The notes beneath the pieces are model-generated. The model was not told the origin of the DNA, ran no database searches, and saw only the letters and a list, made by a program, of their open reading frames with translations. A DNA stretch of 61,246 nt, counting the filler, from Sphacelaria rigidula (Eukaryota), in assembly GCA_964200075.2 (NCBI GenBank). It is 7 parts of 7 records of this genome, joined end to end, with 100 filler letters (N's around TTAATTAATTAA, not from the genome) between each part and the next. Parts side by side here need not be neighbours in the genome. Positions count along the whole stretch, not along the records: positions 35,058 to 43,720 come from CAXNAA020010459.1; positions 43,821 to 52,483 come from CAXNAA020010460.1; 5 more parts are not named here. The stretch is one strand, 5' to 3'. The translations under genes were made by a program, and so were the position numbers. Positions 37,051 through 50,196 of the stretch are shown here, piece after piece (within the stretch, counting starts at the first letter, position 1; every line of letters starts with the position of its first letter).

Positions 37051-38812
37051 TAGCTACAAACGGGATTCTCCGATACCACGAAAGACACAGCATCAGCATC
37101 AGCAGCAGCAGCAGCAGCAACTGCACCGGTACCGGCACTTGCACCGGCACCGGCACCGGCAGCAGTGGCGAACAACGTCAGCAGCAACAGCAGCAATAAC
37201 ATCAGCAGCACCACCAACGGTAAGAGCAACCTCAACGATAACTGCGAAAGAGAAACCGCGAATGGAAACCATGCGGGGTTGATCTCTTTCGCCGTGCTTC
37301 ATTCGAGGAAGTATGTCCACCCAGCGTCTCCCAGCGTCTCACCTCAGTGCACCATTGGTAGACCTTCCGGGCTTCCTTTAGTTCTGCATTGCGTTTAGAC
37401 GGTTTAGCCCGAGGATCTTGGGGAAGTGACGGCATATTTGCATCCACCGCCCAAACTGCATTCGCAGCCATCGCCCCTGTCAGAAAGGGCCGGGTGTCCA
37501 CACACAGCATATTTATGTCGTTTTTTCCTACTGTTGCCGAACGATGCAAGCATGTCGGCAAATAGCAGATCGGCCACACGGCCAGCACAGCCAATCACAA
37601 GAAGATTCGTTTGGAGAAGCGGGTCGAGGTCACTACGACGCAACATCCACCGGTAATATACATCTTGGATAACATCACATTCATCTGGAACATGCTTCTG
37701 AGATATGGAAATCCATCTGGAATGTCCATCTGGCATTTAGATATCAATCTGGGATGTCAACCTGAGATGCCCGTCTAGGAGGTCCATCCGGGATGCCCGC
37801 GTCCTACAGGGGCGTCAACATCCCAGAGGGCCATTCTCATCCCAAATGGATATTCCAGATCGACCTGATCTCCTAGATGCGTATCCTAGAGGTGCATCTT
37901 CATATCCCAGATGTACGTTTCACGATAATGTGCACCCCGATCTCGTAATCGTAGGTACGTTGACAATCCCGATGTGTGAGGGTGTTGTGGACGACGTCAT
38001 CATTTGCCGCTATTTATACCAGCAGCATCAGTCTATGCAAGGTCGAAGTCAATCGGTCTCTTAACAAAAACCAAGTTATAGGGTTCGAGCCCCTGAGCAA
38101 GGAAATATTTTTCGATGTTGAGCACGGTGCGATCGAAGAACTTCAATGTTGAGCATGGTGTGGTCAAAATCTACCGGCTGCAGTTCTCAGATAGGGTTGG
38201 TTACCGGGATGACAACTCTGGGACGTGATTGCTCGGGGTTATACGACGGACCCTTCGAACTTAGCTTTTGTCAAGATACCGGTTGACTGCTGAGCTAATC
38301 AGCCAGCGCTGGCTGGAAAGCTTGGCACTCAACCGGTATCTCAAATAGCTGGCCCCGATCAAACAACATAGTACGTTCTTTATTCGCATCATACTTGCTA
38401 CTCGCACCACTTCCCCCCTCCTGAGGACGAGTCCGTTGCCTCAAGGGATCAACCCAACTCTCCCTCGGCACATGCCGTGCACTTTGGTGTCGCGGATTGG
38501 ATCAGCACTCCCGACCCGCACGTGACGTGCTTCGATGACGACCAAGTTGCGGTACACAACCTATCGATCGATCCACAGCGTAAACTCAGCATAAACACCT
38601 TCAGAATGCTGGCTTTCTTCTATAGCATAGACACTTACCACACGCGAATCATCCGGAAACTTCACTGAGCAGTTCTCTAGGAACGTGCCGAGAAGCTCGT
38701 GTTGTTGTTGCCTGAAATGTTTTTTCAAAAGCCGACTGGCTGCTTTTCACATAATAAGCGGCGTTGCTAGAAACTGGCCAGCACCCGCCCTGAGCGATAA
38801 GCGCTGACGGCT

Positions 38813-39535
38813 GGGTAATTTTCCCGGACCCGCCCACAGGCCACTTGATTAATTTCTCTATGGAGCCAGGGTATGTACCGAAGAAAATACATACCATTCG
38901 AAAGCTACGGATCAGGGCTTCCGGATGAACCTGCTTTTAGGTTTCACCGACATGTTAGTGACGAGTTATGTCGAATATACCGTTTCGCCAAAAACGCGGA
39001 AGAACTAGTGAATCTCGGTTTGTCGGGCCCCCACCACCTCTGTGGAAAATATGTGTATGTATATATTTGGGATCCTCGCAAAAAACTGGTTCTAGATCAC
39101 CTGGTTCTGAACCCGGTTATGCCTGGCTCCAGGTAGAAATTAATGAAGCAAAAACAAATTTCCGGAGTAAAGTGGTAATTTTCCCGGACCCGCCCACAGG
39201 CCACTTGATTAATTTCTCTATGAGCCAGGATACTTACCCAAGAAAATGTATACCATTCGAAAGCTACGGATCAGGGCTTTCGTATGAACCTACTTTTAGG
39301 TTTCACCGACATGTTGGTGACGAGTTATATTATGTCGAATATACCGTTTCGACAAAAACGCGGGGGAACTAGTAAATCTCGATTTGCCGGGCCCCCACCA
39401 CCTCTGTGATAATATATATATATATGTATATTGGAATCCTCGCAAAAAACTGGTTTTAGACCACCGGGTTCTGAACCCGGTTATGCCTGGCTTTAGGTCG
39501 GAATTATTCAAGAAGCAAAAACAAATATCCGGAGT
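38813..39535. repeat. Tandem duplication of about 360 bp
   Basis: GGTAATTTTCCCGGACCCGCCCACAGG begins at about 38814 and 39174; copies are highly similar throughout. Confidence 0.92.
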
Positions 39536-39796
39536 ACTAAAATATATGGGGGAAAAGTTGCTCTAGGGCCAATCTCGTGGGTTCGAGACCCGCCGCGAGC
39601 ATTATTTTTTTTCCCGCCTTTTTTCCTTTTATTTTTGGTTACTCGCTACCCTTTTGCGCCTTGCTGCGGGCGTTCCGAAGCTTTTTTTTTTTAATTCGAT
39701 CTCAGTCAAAAGGTATGGAGCGACAACCAAAATCGGGTCCTTGAAAATTATCACTTTATAGTCTTCGACGATTCTTTCGAACAAAACGTATAAAGG

Positions 39797-42700
39797 TGTT
39801 GGGAAGTGATACAGCCAGACAGCCAGTAAGCAAGCTGTCCGTTTCCGTGTGGGTTTTACCTCTGTATCAAATTAGCGGCACAGTAGGTTCCGGTTCAAAG
39901 GATCCTAACCCCAACAATGACCCCGGGTACAAGTACCTTTTTTATATGGATCCTTGAGCTATATATGTTGTCAGACTTGCCACGTAAGCTCGTGGGACAC
40001 GGCAGTGTGCTGTCATTGTTTGTGAGTGTCGTACGTTGAGTAAGAATCCAGCTGTAAGCTGGCAAACGAACACATCAGTGTCATGGACGCGTTTTAGCCT
40101 CACGTACGTGAAGTGCTTTGTTTTTTGTTCCACGATTGAGATACTTATAATCGACCGCCCTTTGCAAACACTCTCTTTCACTACCATCAGTTCTCTGCTT
40201 TGAGAAGAGACTGTGCGTTATGTTTCTTGGCCAAATGAAGAGCCCAATCAACCATTTGTCTTGCTGATTTTATTTTGAGCTGCGGAAACAAGTGATTTAT
40301 TCAACCCACGGTGCAACCTCTGCATACTACCGTTTGCTGAACGGTAGTCAGCCTGTCGCGAGTACAGCGCGACGGACACGAGGTATTCCAACAGGTTTTG
40401 AGCCATCGATTCGCGACCACGTAGGTCACCAGGTCATCAGCCTTCGATTGGAGACTACGTCGGTCAGCACCAGCGAAGGGATTTCCGATCAAGGTCATCG
40501 CGGCAGCTCAAAGTGAGAAGAGTCCATTCTTCATATTTTTCAATTGAGCAAGACTTTAGGTGTGATAAATTTACAAACATCTCGTGACAGATAAAGAATC
40601 AAGGAGAGCCATATGTTGCCCAACTCATGAAGAGCATCAGGAAATTCGATGGTACAGATTTCCTCGAATGGAAGCGCAGCACGCGCGCAATTATTCCCCT
40701 GACACATCCAGGGATTCCGGGTATAATGAAGGAGGTGAACATCCCGCGGAAACGTTTGATGACGTGGAGCACATTCAAGGTGCCGAATCACTTTCAGTTG
40801 CACGACCCATGTCAAGATCAATTCCGCCACACACCCGAATCGAAGCGGACTTCTCTCGAGAAGACATTCATGTGAGAATTGTGGTGAACAGATCTGAAGT
40901 TGAAAATTGGGATCGCTGCAACGAATAGGTATTCAATATCCTATACTTGACATTACAGGCCCAACGGGTAGTTTCCTCTTTGGCTTCGAGCCGAAGAGGC
41001 CACGCAAGACCGAATGGAAAAATTGCATGGGAGGCCCTGGTCGGTGAATACGAGAACTATTCGAAGCAACGACCGCGTATTCTTATGCGTCAGCTAGATA
41101 ATATCAAAATGTCACCTGGGCAAGACCCTGACGTGTTTCTGACCAACGTCTATGACCTGCGTGACCAGTTGGTGTACATGGGTGAACATATTTCAGATGG
41201 AAGACTCACGGACATCGTGGTGGAAGGTTTGATCGATGAATATGACAGGATCAAGAATGATACGGAGCGCGACCCTGATTTCAGTATCTCTGACATCGAG
41301 GTAACAATGAGGAATATGTATTCCAATCGCGTTGCGCGCGGAATTTTGTGAAAGGGGGTACGCGGCCGTGATTCCGGCATAACAGCGGCGTCGCCGCTTG
41401 ATTCATCTTCAACATCTACGAGATTCGCTGGAAAATATTGTTCCTCTGGTAAACCAGGCCACCATATGCGTGACTGCCGTTCTAAAAGTCAGTCTAAAAG
41501 CAGGAGCATGCCTGTGAAATGGTGCAGTCTGCATCGTACCGATAAACACGACAATTCTGATTGTAAGAATCAAATCACCAACGGTGGTGCGTCTACGAAC
41601 AACAATAACTACGACAACAACATCGACAACAGCAACTGAAATAATAATAAAAGAGACAACAACAACTTCTACGGACAAGAACGCCATGCAAAGACCGTCA
41701 CCGTGGATCCTGCATCAACTACTACATCAACAACTGCTCCTTCTAATAACCAAGTTCAAGGTACCAGCGGACCTTCATCTTCAAGAGTGACTTACTTTTG
41801 CTCGCCACCAAACGGCATTGGCTATACCTTTCTTGCTGATCCTGCAGACAAGGACAACACTCGGCCACCGCTTTGTATATAATTCAAAATGGTATGCGAC
41901 TCCGAGGCCAGCCACCGCTACATTGACGATCAGCTACTGCTCAATATTGAAGAGGAGGTGTTCGACTGTGTGAAACTCGATCCTCCCATAAGAATTTGGA
42001 CAGCAGGTCGCCATCTACTTAGCGGAACAGGAAAAGGGGTACTCGACTCCATCGTCTGTGATCAGCAGGGTAATTAGCACGCCGTCCGCCTTCCAGCCAT
42101 TGTTGTTCTTGGCCGAGGAATACATCGTTCTTCATTCGAAGCACTCACAAAGGTAGTCTCAATCGTCTTCTCCGTCGATTCTCATGTCGATCTTGGAAAC
42201 TTCAAAATTCCAATACACACTGACAACAACAACGATGCCCTTCACTTTATCAACATGAACATTATTCGGGACTCCAGAAATTCCTAAACAAACTCCGGGT
42301 CAGCATTTACGACTAAAGTCGTGTCCGGGAAATGTATGGAGATGGGGACAGCATCATCAGCAGCAGTACCTCCCCCGGACATCAAATCGACAAGAGCAGT
42401 CAAAATCGCCGGACCATCTTCGACAACTTGCAGCAGCACAATGACAAAACCGTGCGATTCGCCGGGGAAAATGCGAAGGGGTAAAAACTATAGTAAAAAC
42501 AATAGATCTTCATGGATAAAGCCCACATCTGCATACAACAGCAGAAGTAAAGGAAAGCCGAAATTTTACGAAAAGAACGAACGTGTCGACTTCCACAGAC
42601 GTGGAGATTACAATAGGGGTACAAGAAGATCGACAACTTTACCGCAGAATAATCGCAATAATCCTTCTCGTCACCGCCATCATCATCATAATCATCATCA

Positions 42701-43200
42701 CCATCATCGTCGTGATCATCGACAGCACCAGCACCAGCACCAGCAACCCAAGGTATGACACCAGGACAGTTCAGGCATCATAGATATAACAGCAGCGTAT
42801 CTCAGAGGAGTACTTGGCGTCAAGAAAGCAGATCCATCGGTCCTGCAGCAGGTGCTAGACACCCTACTTGCACATGGAAAAAGCGGGGTAATCCAACCTC
42901 CAAAAAGCATCGAACGTAAAATGCGCGGTACATAAAATCCCTGTCAACTAACACAATCACCAAAGCAGCGAATGAAGATCACCTATTTTTTCAAGAAGCA
43001 GCCATCCCAAGCAACCTCAACAAGCCCGAGGACAGCACCCACTATCAAGAAGCCAGCATCTAGAGACGCGTCTTCAGCGCACTTCAGCATCATCAGAAAC
43101 ATCACCCACGTCGGAGCACAGGACGTACTACAGCACCGTCACGTCAGTTGAATTTTCCACGTTTGATTAATACATGGATCTGTCTACAAAACCCAACTTG
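39797..43200 (+). mobile_element. Degenerate Ty1/Copia LTR retrotransposon: 5' LTR (about 39797-40393), PBS, gag, zinc knuckle, protease; integrase and RT absent
   Basis: TGTTGG...TTCCAACA then GGTTTTGAGCC (Copia GGTTATG-type PBS); KFDGTDFLEWK; AWEAL..EY..KMSPGQDPDVFL; C..GKPGH.MRDC; WCSLH....HDNSDC; VCDSEASH. Right boundary approximate. Confidence 0.82.
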
Positions 43201-43820
43201 CTTTATTTCCGAACTGTCTAGCGTAAGTAATGTACCGTGCGTACAGGATGTATGTATTGACTTGCGCACAGTTCGGAATCATACGACTGCAGTGTGAAGG
43301 ATCTTGATTCATTTGACAAATGTGTGTCATGAGTACAGTACAACATGTACAGATTCACATGTTTGCGCACTAGAGCAATATGCTTTGAGTCGAGTATCAA
43401 CTACAGTATGTCACGCAGTCGACACCCCACCCTACGAGACTGTCTACTTGAGACAGAGATTTAGATTTATAATCGGTTTTTGAGTCATGAGTGCGCACTG
43501 TTGACACATGAGTGCTATCTTTGGATTGAAGGTTTTGAGTAAAAATACTACACGGTTCTTTGATATTTGCGGGCTACGTCTAGTGTCGTATGCTACGGAA
43601 AATCGTTTTAGGCCATTACAGGTATACCTCCGTTCCCCGTCCTCCGACGAAGGCCATGACCGGTCTTTCCGGTGGGTGTAGGGCCGGAATCACCTTCAAG
43701 GAGTGATTCCTTCTCACTACNNNNNNNNNNNNNNNNNNNNNNNNNNNNNNNNNNNNNNNNNNNNTTAATTAATTAANNNNNNNNNNNNNNNNNNNNNNNN
43801 NNNNNNNNNNNNNNNNNNNN

Positions 43821-45024
43821 TAACGAGAAAATCATATTTTTAAAAAGGGTTACTACGGGGGTCGAATTATACCCGAAACCGTGATGTTTCGGTGATGTCG
43901 GGTGTTCGCGTCGTCTAATTTCCACTAACGATACGCACGAAAGACCCAGGGACCCTCATGACGGTGTCCTCTATATCTGTTGTAGAAAAGCTCAGATCGC
44001 CCTCAAGCTCGGCAGTTCCGTAGGTATTGATGCTCAAAATAGAAAAAATAAATATTAACAACATTTCATGGTGTCTCCCTTCTGTACCGTCTTCCGGGGG
44101 TCTTCATGCTGGGACCCCCGGAAGGCGGTACAGAATGCCCTTGAAGAAAAATAACGAAATGATGCGTCCCGGGAGAGTCCAAGGAACACATGTACAAAGT
44201 GTGGTTTTTCTTGCCTTGACCTGAAATTCACCCCGAAAGACGTTTTTCATACTACAGCTAAGTAGTTAGGAGTTGCACGTTTCCAGCCCACGTCCTCCAC
44301 AGACGCGCAAACTTACACGCTGTCATTGAGAGTTAGATCCTGAAACTTTGCACAAATATGCTATGTATCATTATGCGACTTTCTACAGGCGATGTTTTTC
44401 TACTTCTTGAGTTTTTCACCGTTTTTCGGGGGTCCGACGGGATCGAAGTCGTTTTTCGAAGTAGTCTCCATTCTGGGACCCCAGAAAAATGGCTCTACGA
44501 TATTTTCTTTTCAATTTTTCGCGAACTATATGCCTCCGCATAACACAAGGATAGGCTCCACAATTTTTTGTCGCAAAAAATCAACTGGTGCTTGAATTTT
44601 TCCATGTTCACGTCGAAGAAGGCCCAAAAACACCGTTTTGGTACTAAAATCAAGTAGGTTGCGGTTTCACCGCGGCACGGCAAAGTTTATCGCACAAAAG
44701 CGAAAAACCTCACGCCGTTTTAAGAATTTGAACCCTGAAATTTCGTACACTATGCTTTGGGTCATTACGCAACCTTTGGATGAATGTTTATCATTTTTTA
44801 TTTTGTTACCGTTTTACGGGGGCCCGATTGGGTCGAGGTTTCCCCCAATAGACTGGGACCCCCGAAAAACGGCGAAAAAAGTCATCAAAAGAAAAAAAAC
44901 GACCTTCAAAAGTTGCGTAATTACCAATAGAACATCCGTGCAAAAATTTCAGGGTCCAACTCCTTGAAACGGCGTGAGGTTTTGTCCATGAGTGTTTTTT
45001 GAGTGATCACCGTGAACCAGCCTG
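43821..45024. mobile_element. Non-autonomous DNA transposon right part (Tc1/mariner-like terminus)
   Basis: Ends GTGAACCAGCCTG followed by TA; internal inverted repeat 44703-44750 / 44938-44985; repeated CTGGGACCCC motifs. Confidence 0.55.
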
Positions 45025-45029
45025 TATCT

Positions 45030-46627
45030 TTCATCTGAAATAGGAGATTCTTGTCATTTTTTCGTAGTCGGCGATTTTCAATGGTTGTTTCGCTTGCCAC
45101 CGCTCATCCCAGTGAACGCTTGATCCCGACGTTAGAGAAAAGGTAGATACTAGGCATCCGCTCCACGTTGACTCCACATTCCGAAACAAAATCTTCTCTG
45201 CGCCCAGTATATTGAACGACAAAACGAGCTGAATTGACAGGGGGTGTTGTTGACCGTTTTTGTTTCAAAACACCTGTCTTTCCGATTCTCTGGCGCAGTG
45301 AATAGGTTAAAAAAAAAAAGAGTGTAAAATCATTTATGAAAGTGATCGGAATTAGTTCGCCCCCTCCTGTACTCTGCAGAGCTCGGTTTTGGGGTATCTT
45401 CGTGAGTACTTTTCTGAATCCCCTTGTATGGTACCCGTCCTCGACACTTGAACTCCCTGGCGTCCACAGGTGTTGAGAAGTCGTGCTCAGACCGTATTGT
45501 TTGGTAGCCACAAAAACGTATCTGTACGCAGATCGGGGGACGTCAGATCCGGCAACTCATTTTACTCGTATGACCGATTTGTATAGCAGCCAATCCCGAA
45601 TCTGGCGGGACCCGAATCTATGCCAAATCAGAGGGACCCAGATTCGTGTGTACCCCTGTACAGTCTTGCGCGAAAATACAAGAAAATTAAATTCGGAACT
45701 TGAATGAAGCTCTTTTCATCCCCTCGCGCACTGCTGCAACGCCCAACCCCAGCTCTAGACGCATGGACTTGTTGACAGTAGTCTACATGAGATGTTAGCG
45801 AAGTTTCAGCGCATAGCAGCGACGACAGCACGCGCACGACCGTGCCTCCTGATCTGAGCCTCTCAATAACTGTACCATCATGTATTGCCACACGGCATTA
45901 TCGTGTACTGTGATTGTGAAGTGTACTGTACTGTATTATACCCTATAATAAGGTACCACGGTAAGACGCTGCTCTTGAAGGATGATTCCCTGCCTGCCTG
46001 TTCTTCGGCTTCACTGTGATACCCCACCCGCCTAGAAAATTACCTTTAGTGCACAGAACAATTTCAGCAAATCTGTGGAGCCATACAGGAATACACGCCA
46101 ATCTGAGTTTCACGAATCTGGGTCCCCCTGATTTGGCACAGACTCGGGATTGGCTGCCATAAAAGTCGGTCTCATCACAGCACATCCTCCGATGTTGTTG
46201 TCGGGGTAATACCGAGTAAGTACCTTGTTCATTAGGAGGTGTTATCGACCGTCGCGGTCCAAAAACTTCAAAATACACTTTTGCCGGCTCTAGAGCAATA
46301 AATAGGTAAAACAGTAAGAACGCTGTCCTTTTCATGTTTCGACGAAAATAATTGGGATTGCTTCAATCGAGCGAGGATACTCGAGAGTCGGAACCTGGGA
46401 CTGGGTAGTCTCAGGACCCCCGAAAACGGGTCAGTCTGGTAGTCGTTCAATAACGAGTGCAGAAGTGTAATTATTCCGGAATGTAGAGTGTATGTGTAGT
46501 ATCTCCCAATCCCCAAACATTGGGAGCAAACGTTCACTGGCATGAGCGATGAGCGGCGGCACACGGTAACGCTTTTGAACATCCCCGACTACGAAAAACA
46601 TACGAAAATCTCCTATTTCAATTGAAA
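45030..46627. mobile_element. Element of about 1.6 kb bounded by imperfect inverted repeats of about 55 bp
   Basis: TTTCATCTGAAATAGGAGATT..TTTTTCGTAGTCGG versus CCGACTACGAAAAA..AATCTCCTATTTCAATTGAAA. Confidence 0.6.
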
Positions 46628-47846
46628 ACTACTCTAGGCGCGTCGAGCGTTCGGGAGGCTTTGCTTGAGGGCAGCGTGGGACTCGAACCCACTAGAACCC
46701 CCTGTCAACTTTGCGAAATCCACGCCCCGCCCGAATCTCGTGAGCTTCGGCCCGGTACCGACTGTACAGGCAGCAGCTGTAGCGGCGTATCCTACCGTCC
46801 TCAGTCAGTACAGACAACTAACTACATGATAATCGTGCTGCAAATGACAAGCGGCAAGCGGCAAGTGGCACAGCTTGCCTGTCGTGTACCGCACGGTGCC
46901 GTACTGTACTAATAGCACTTTCAGGCCAGCCCCAGTTGCAGTCAACAAAGTGGCACCGCGGGAAAATTGATCAACCACCTTCTATATTACTCGCTTCTTG
47001 CTTCACACCCCTCCTATTACTATCGGCTCGCGAAGTAAATAAGTAGTATATTAATTCATGGTTTCAATTTCGAATTTCCCGCGCAGCATGAGGTGCTTGT
47101 GTGCTATCATTCCATCTATTCTGGTCGCTATTCTCGTACACGTTTTGGTAGATGTGGGTGCATCAGTCGGGGTCACACAGGAGGGAGGTCACCACAGGAC
47201 CTTTTTTTTTCAACTATCTTATGTTGTTTTTGTACTCCACACTCCTTCTCTTGTCCCTAGCTTATTTCATTGCGAGGACGATTTAGAAGGAAGACGAAAA
47301 TCGCCAGCAGTAAAAACCGTCCCCGGGGGTCACGATTCCCTGTACAGGTTGAGTTGTCTCTGTGTACAGTACAGTAATGGCCACAAAAGAGTACACATTG
47401 TCATCCTTGGTCAATTAAAGGTGTAATGGTCAGCAAGTATTTTTACACAAAAAAGACGCGTGGAATTGACCCGATTTCGATCGTTGTTACTGAGGATATG
47501 CTGGGTTCCCCCCCCCCCTGAGCGTTGCTGCGTTCGAGCACACGTACACTGCGAGAGGAAGCGGGAAGTCACAGAAGTGATGGTGTTAAGCGCAGCCGTC
47601 GAGTGATAACGCGTTATCTACCAGAGCTGTCCCGTGCCCTTAACTAGTCCACACGTTCGGGTATACTTGCGTTTCATCTCTACATTCCTTGGGGATGACC
47701 TTCTATCTGGCCATAACCGCGTTTGTATGTTGTTCCGGCCACTTGTATTCCCTATCGCGGACACAAGGCTTTCCTTGGCTCTATTAGCATCTGTTGGGTG
47801 TTGAACCTCGCTGAACCCTTGTACCCCAAAGGGGCAACATACATGG

Positions 47847-47879
<33 letters not shown>

Positions 47880-48981
47880 ACAAAAATTGATGATAACGCA
47901 AGAGCAATGAGATAATTTTGCGAAAAGGAACGTGATTTGGTTGCCGCGCGCGGGCTGTTCCGCAAAATCGTTCTCATTATCACAATTCCTTTCTCTTTTT
48001 TTTTTTTTGTGACCACGGGACCGAAGTAAGGTCCGGCGCGGATTCCAATAACACTGGAAGTGTCGTAAGTGTGGGAATCCCAGAGCATGAAGCACAAGGA
48101 AAAGAAAGTACGCACCGTGTACCTATTTTGGACGTCCGAGGTGAGAGCAGGGTTTGGACATGAATACCTTCTTCGTTGTTGTAGTCGGTCGTCGATGCGT
48201 TTATTGTAGCTTGTCGCTTAGACTTCAGAATGACTTGCGCACAGGCAGAGGAGAAAAAACAGCACGGTTCGGGGCAAGATTAAACTGAAGTTTGACGTTT
48301 TCGGACAAGTGTTTTTTTTCTTTCGCCGTTTTTTTCTTGTCAAGTAACGTTGAACACGACTAGATCAAATATATTTTGGAGCGAAATATGCCAACTTTTT
48401 TGTTTTTGTTTTGACAGGACGATGATTTCATGGCGTTTTTCTTCTCTCAACTGTTATTTCCTCCTTATCCGCGAAGGACAAGATAGCCAGCAATTATGAT
48501 GCCGCCCAACATGAACAGAAGTGAACCGGCGCAAAACCCGTCTCTCGATGACTGAACATAACCGCGACAGTTGAAGAATATATGCACGGTGGGATATTTT
48601 GAAACCAAACAACATGAAACACAGAGAACGTGGGTCGGGCAAATGATCTACAGCTGTGTTGACCCTTAGACAGCGACAGTTGTAGGTTATCTGTTAAAAC
48701 ATTTCTTCAGGTCCCCCCCCCCCCCAAGATATGGTTGATTTTCTGCAACTGTTGGTGATGCAGCCCACCAAACGGGTGCACCCCTCCAAGTCCATGTATA
48801 CTAATGTGACAGATGCGTGCACCGAACTCGAAGTGACGTTTCCCGGTGACCAAAGTTCGCATACAAAAGTTTGTACTGTTTTTCGCGAGTTCCAAAAGGG
48901 TTAACCTCACCGAAGGAACACTCAAGTGTCTTATTTCACTATAATAGTCTTATTATTTTTCCTTTTATTTTTTTTCACAAG

Positions 48982-49136
48982 GTGGTGGAAGCGCCTGCAG
49001 GTTTAGTTGACGCGGGGGAAGATGCGGCGATCGCCGCTGAACGAGAACTGCTGGAGGAGACCGGGTACACGGGAAAAGTGACGTGCGTCTCGCCGATCGT
49101 TCCGTGCGATCCGGGTATGACGGATGCCAACATGCG
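48982..49136 (+). CDS. NUDT5: Nudix hydrolase exon (NUDT5 / ADP-ribose pyrophosphatase-like) containing the Nudix box
   Basis: AG|VVEAPAGLVDAGEDAAIAAERELLEETGY..VSP....DPGM..ANMR|GTGAG; GX5EX7REUXEEXGU box. Confidence 0.9.
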
Positions 49137-49972
49137 GTGAGCAAAGAAGATCAATAGAGGACGATTGAAAAATGATATAAAAAAGTAGGCGAAACGGAAC
49201 AAAACGAAGTGGACCGAAACGGGAGGAAACTGCAAGTTTTTTGTGGCACAATTTTCGATGTCACTTCTGTTTCATTTCCGCTAAATGAATCACTACTGTA
49301 TTTTAACCCCGTCTAGATGAGTAAGGGGCCCCACACCTGTAGATGGGTACAAGGAGAGATGGATAGCATTTCGGGGATCATCAATGTAAGCGCAGTTTAG
49401 GTACGGCTGTGTGTGGTCGTTCTTTGGTGTGCAGAGGTCCGGGTGAAGACGCGAGCGAAACCGGCCGAGAAAGGGCCGTGCGGCTTGAGTGTGGCTCTTG
49501 TTGCTGTAGAGCATAGTAGGCGACGCCAGGGCTATGTAGTGATCGGATTGTTTGACTGCGTCTGGTTGAGTGATTTGAAGCTGCGAAGGTAGTCGTAGTC
49601 ACAAGGTGGAGGCGCTGCTTGCTTTTTCAACGCTAATATATTTTACACCCTTGACTGAAAAAAGCGTCATCTATTATTTAGGGTGTGATATATTTCAACG
49701 GCGATATTCCCTGAGCAAAGGAAAAATTGAGGGAGAAGAAAACAGGAGGAGAAAATCAGTCAACGAAGGAAGAAGGAAACGAACCAGGGAAAAGAGGAGA
49801 AAAAAACGGGCTAAGATATAAGTAGTTTCAGTACGACTACCCCGCCCGCGAACAAATGGTGAGATTCAGGCGACATTGTCTCAACCACAATATCTTCACT
49901 ATGTTCATCCCCCCCCCCCGCTCTGACCTGTTGGGTATGCGGTCCTTGCTTACTGTGTTATGTCGTTGATAG

Positions 49973-50041
49973 GTACGTGACGATAGAAGTGGACGGGGAT
50001 GCGATAGAAAATAGGAACGCGAAGGCACGTCCAGATGACGG
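49973..50041 (+). CDS. NUDT5: Next exon of the NUDT5-like gene
   Basis: TAG|(R)YVTIEVDGDAIENRNAKARPDDG|GTGAG; phase matches the previous exon; resembles the NUDT5 VTVTINGDD.EN..PKP.PGDG segment. Confidence 0.85.
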
Positions 50042-50097
50042 GTGAGTGCTCTCCTCCCTTCAATCATTTTTCGTTCATTTTCTGAATCTAGAGTATG

Positions 50098-50128
50098 TTA
50101 TTGTTATTACTATTATTATTATTATTAT

Positions 50129-50196
<68 letters not shown>
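50098..50196. repeat. (TTA)n(GTA)n microsatellite; others at 37089-37210 (GCA/GCACCG), 53024-53058 (CA) and 55179-55249 (TAA)
   Basis: Read directly. Confidence 0.95.
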
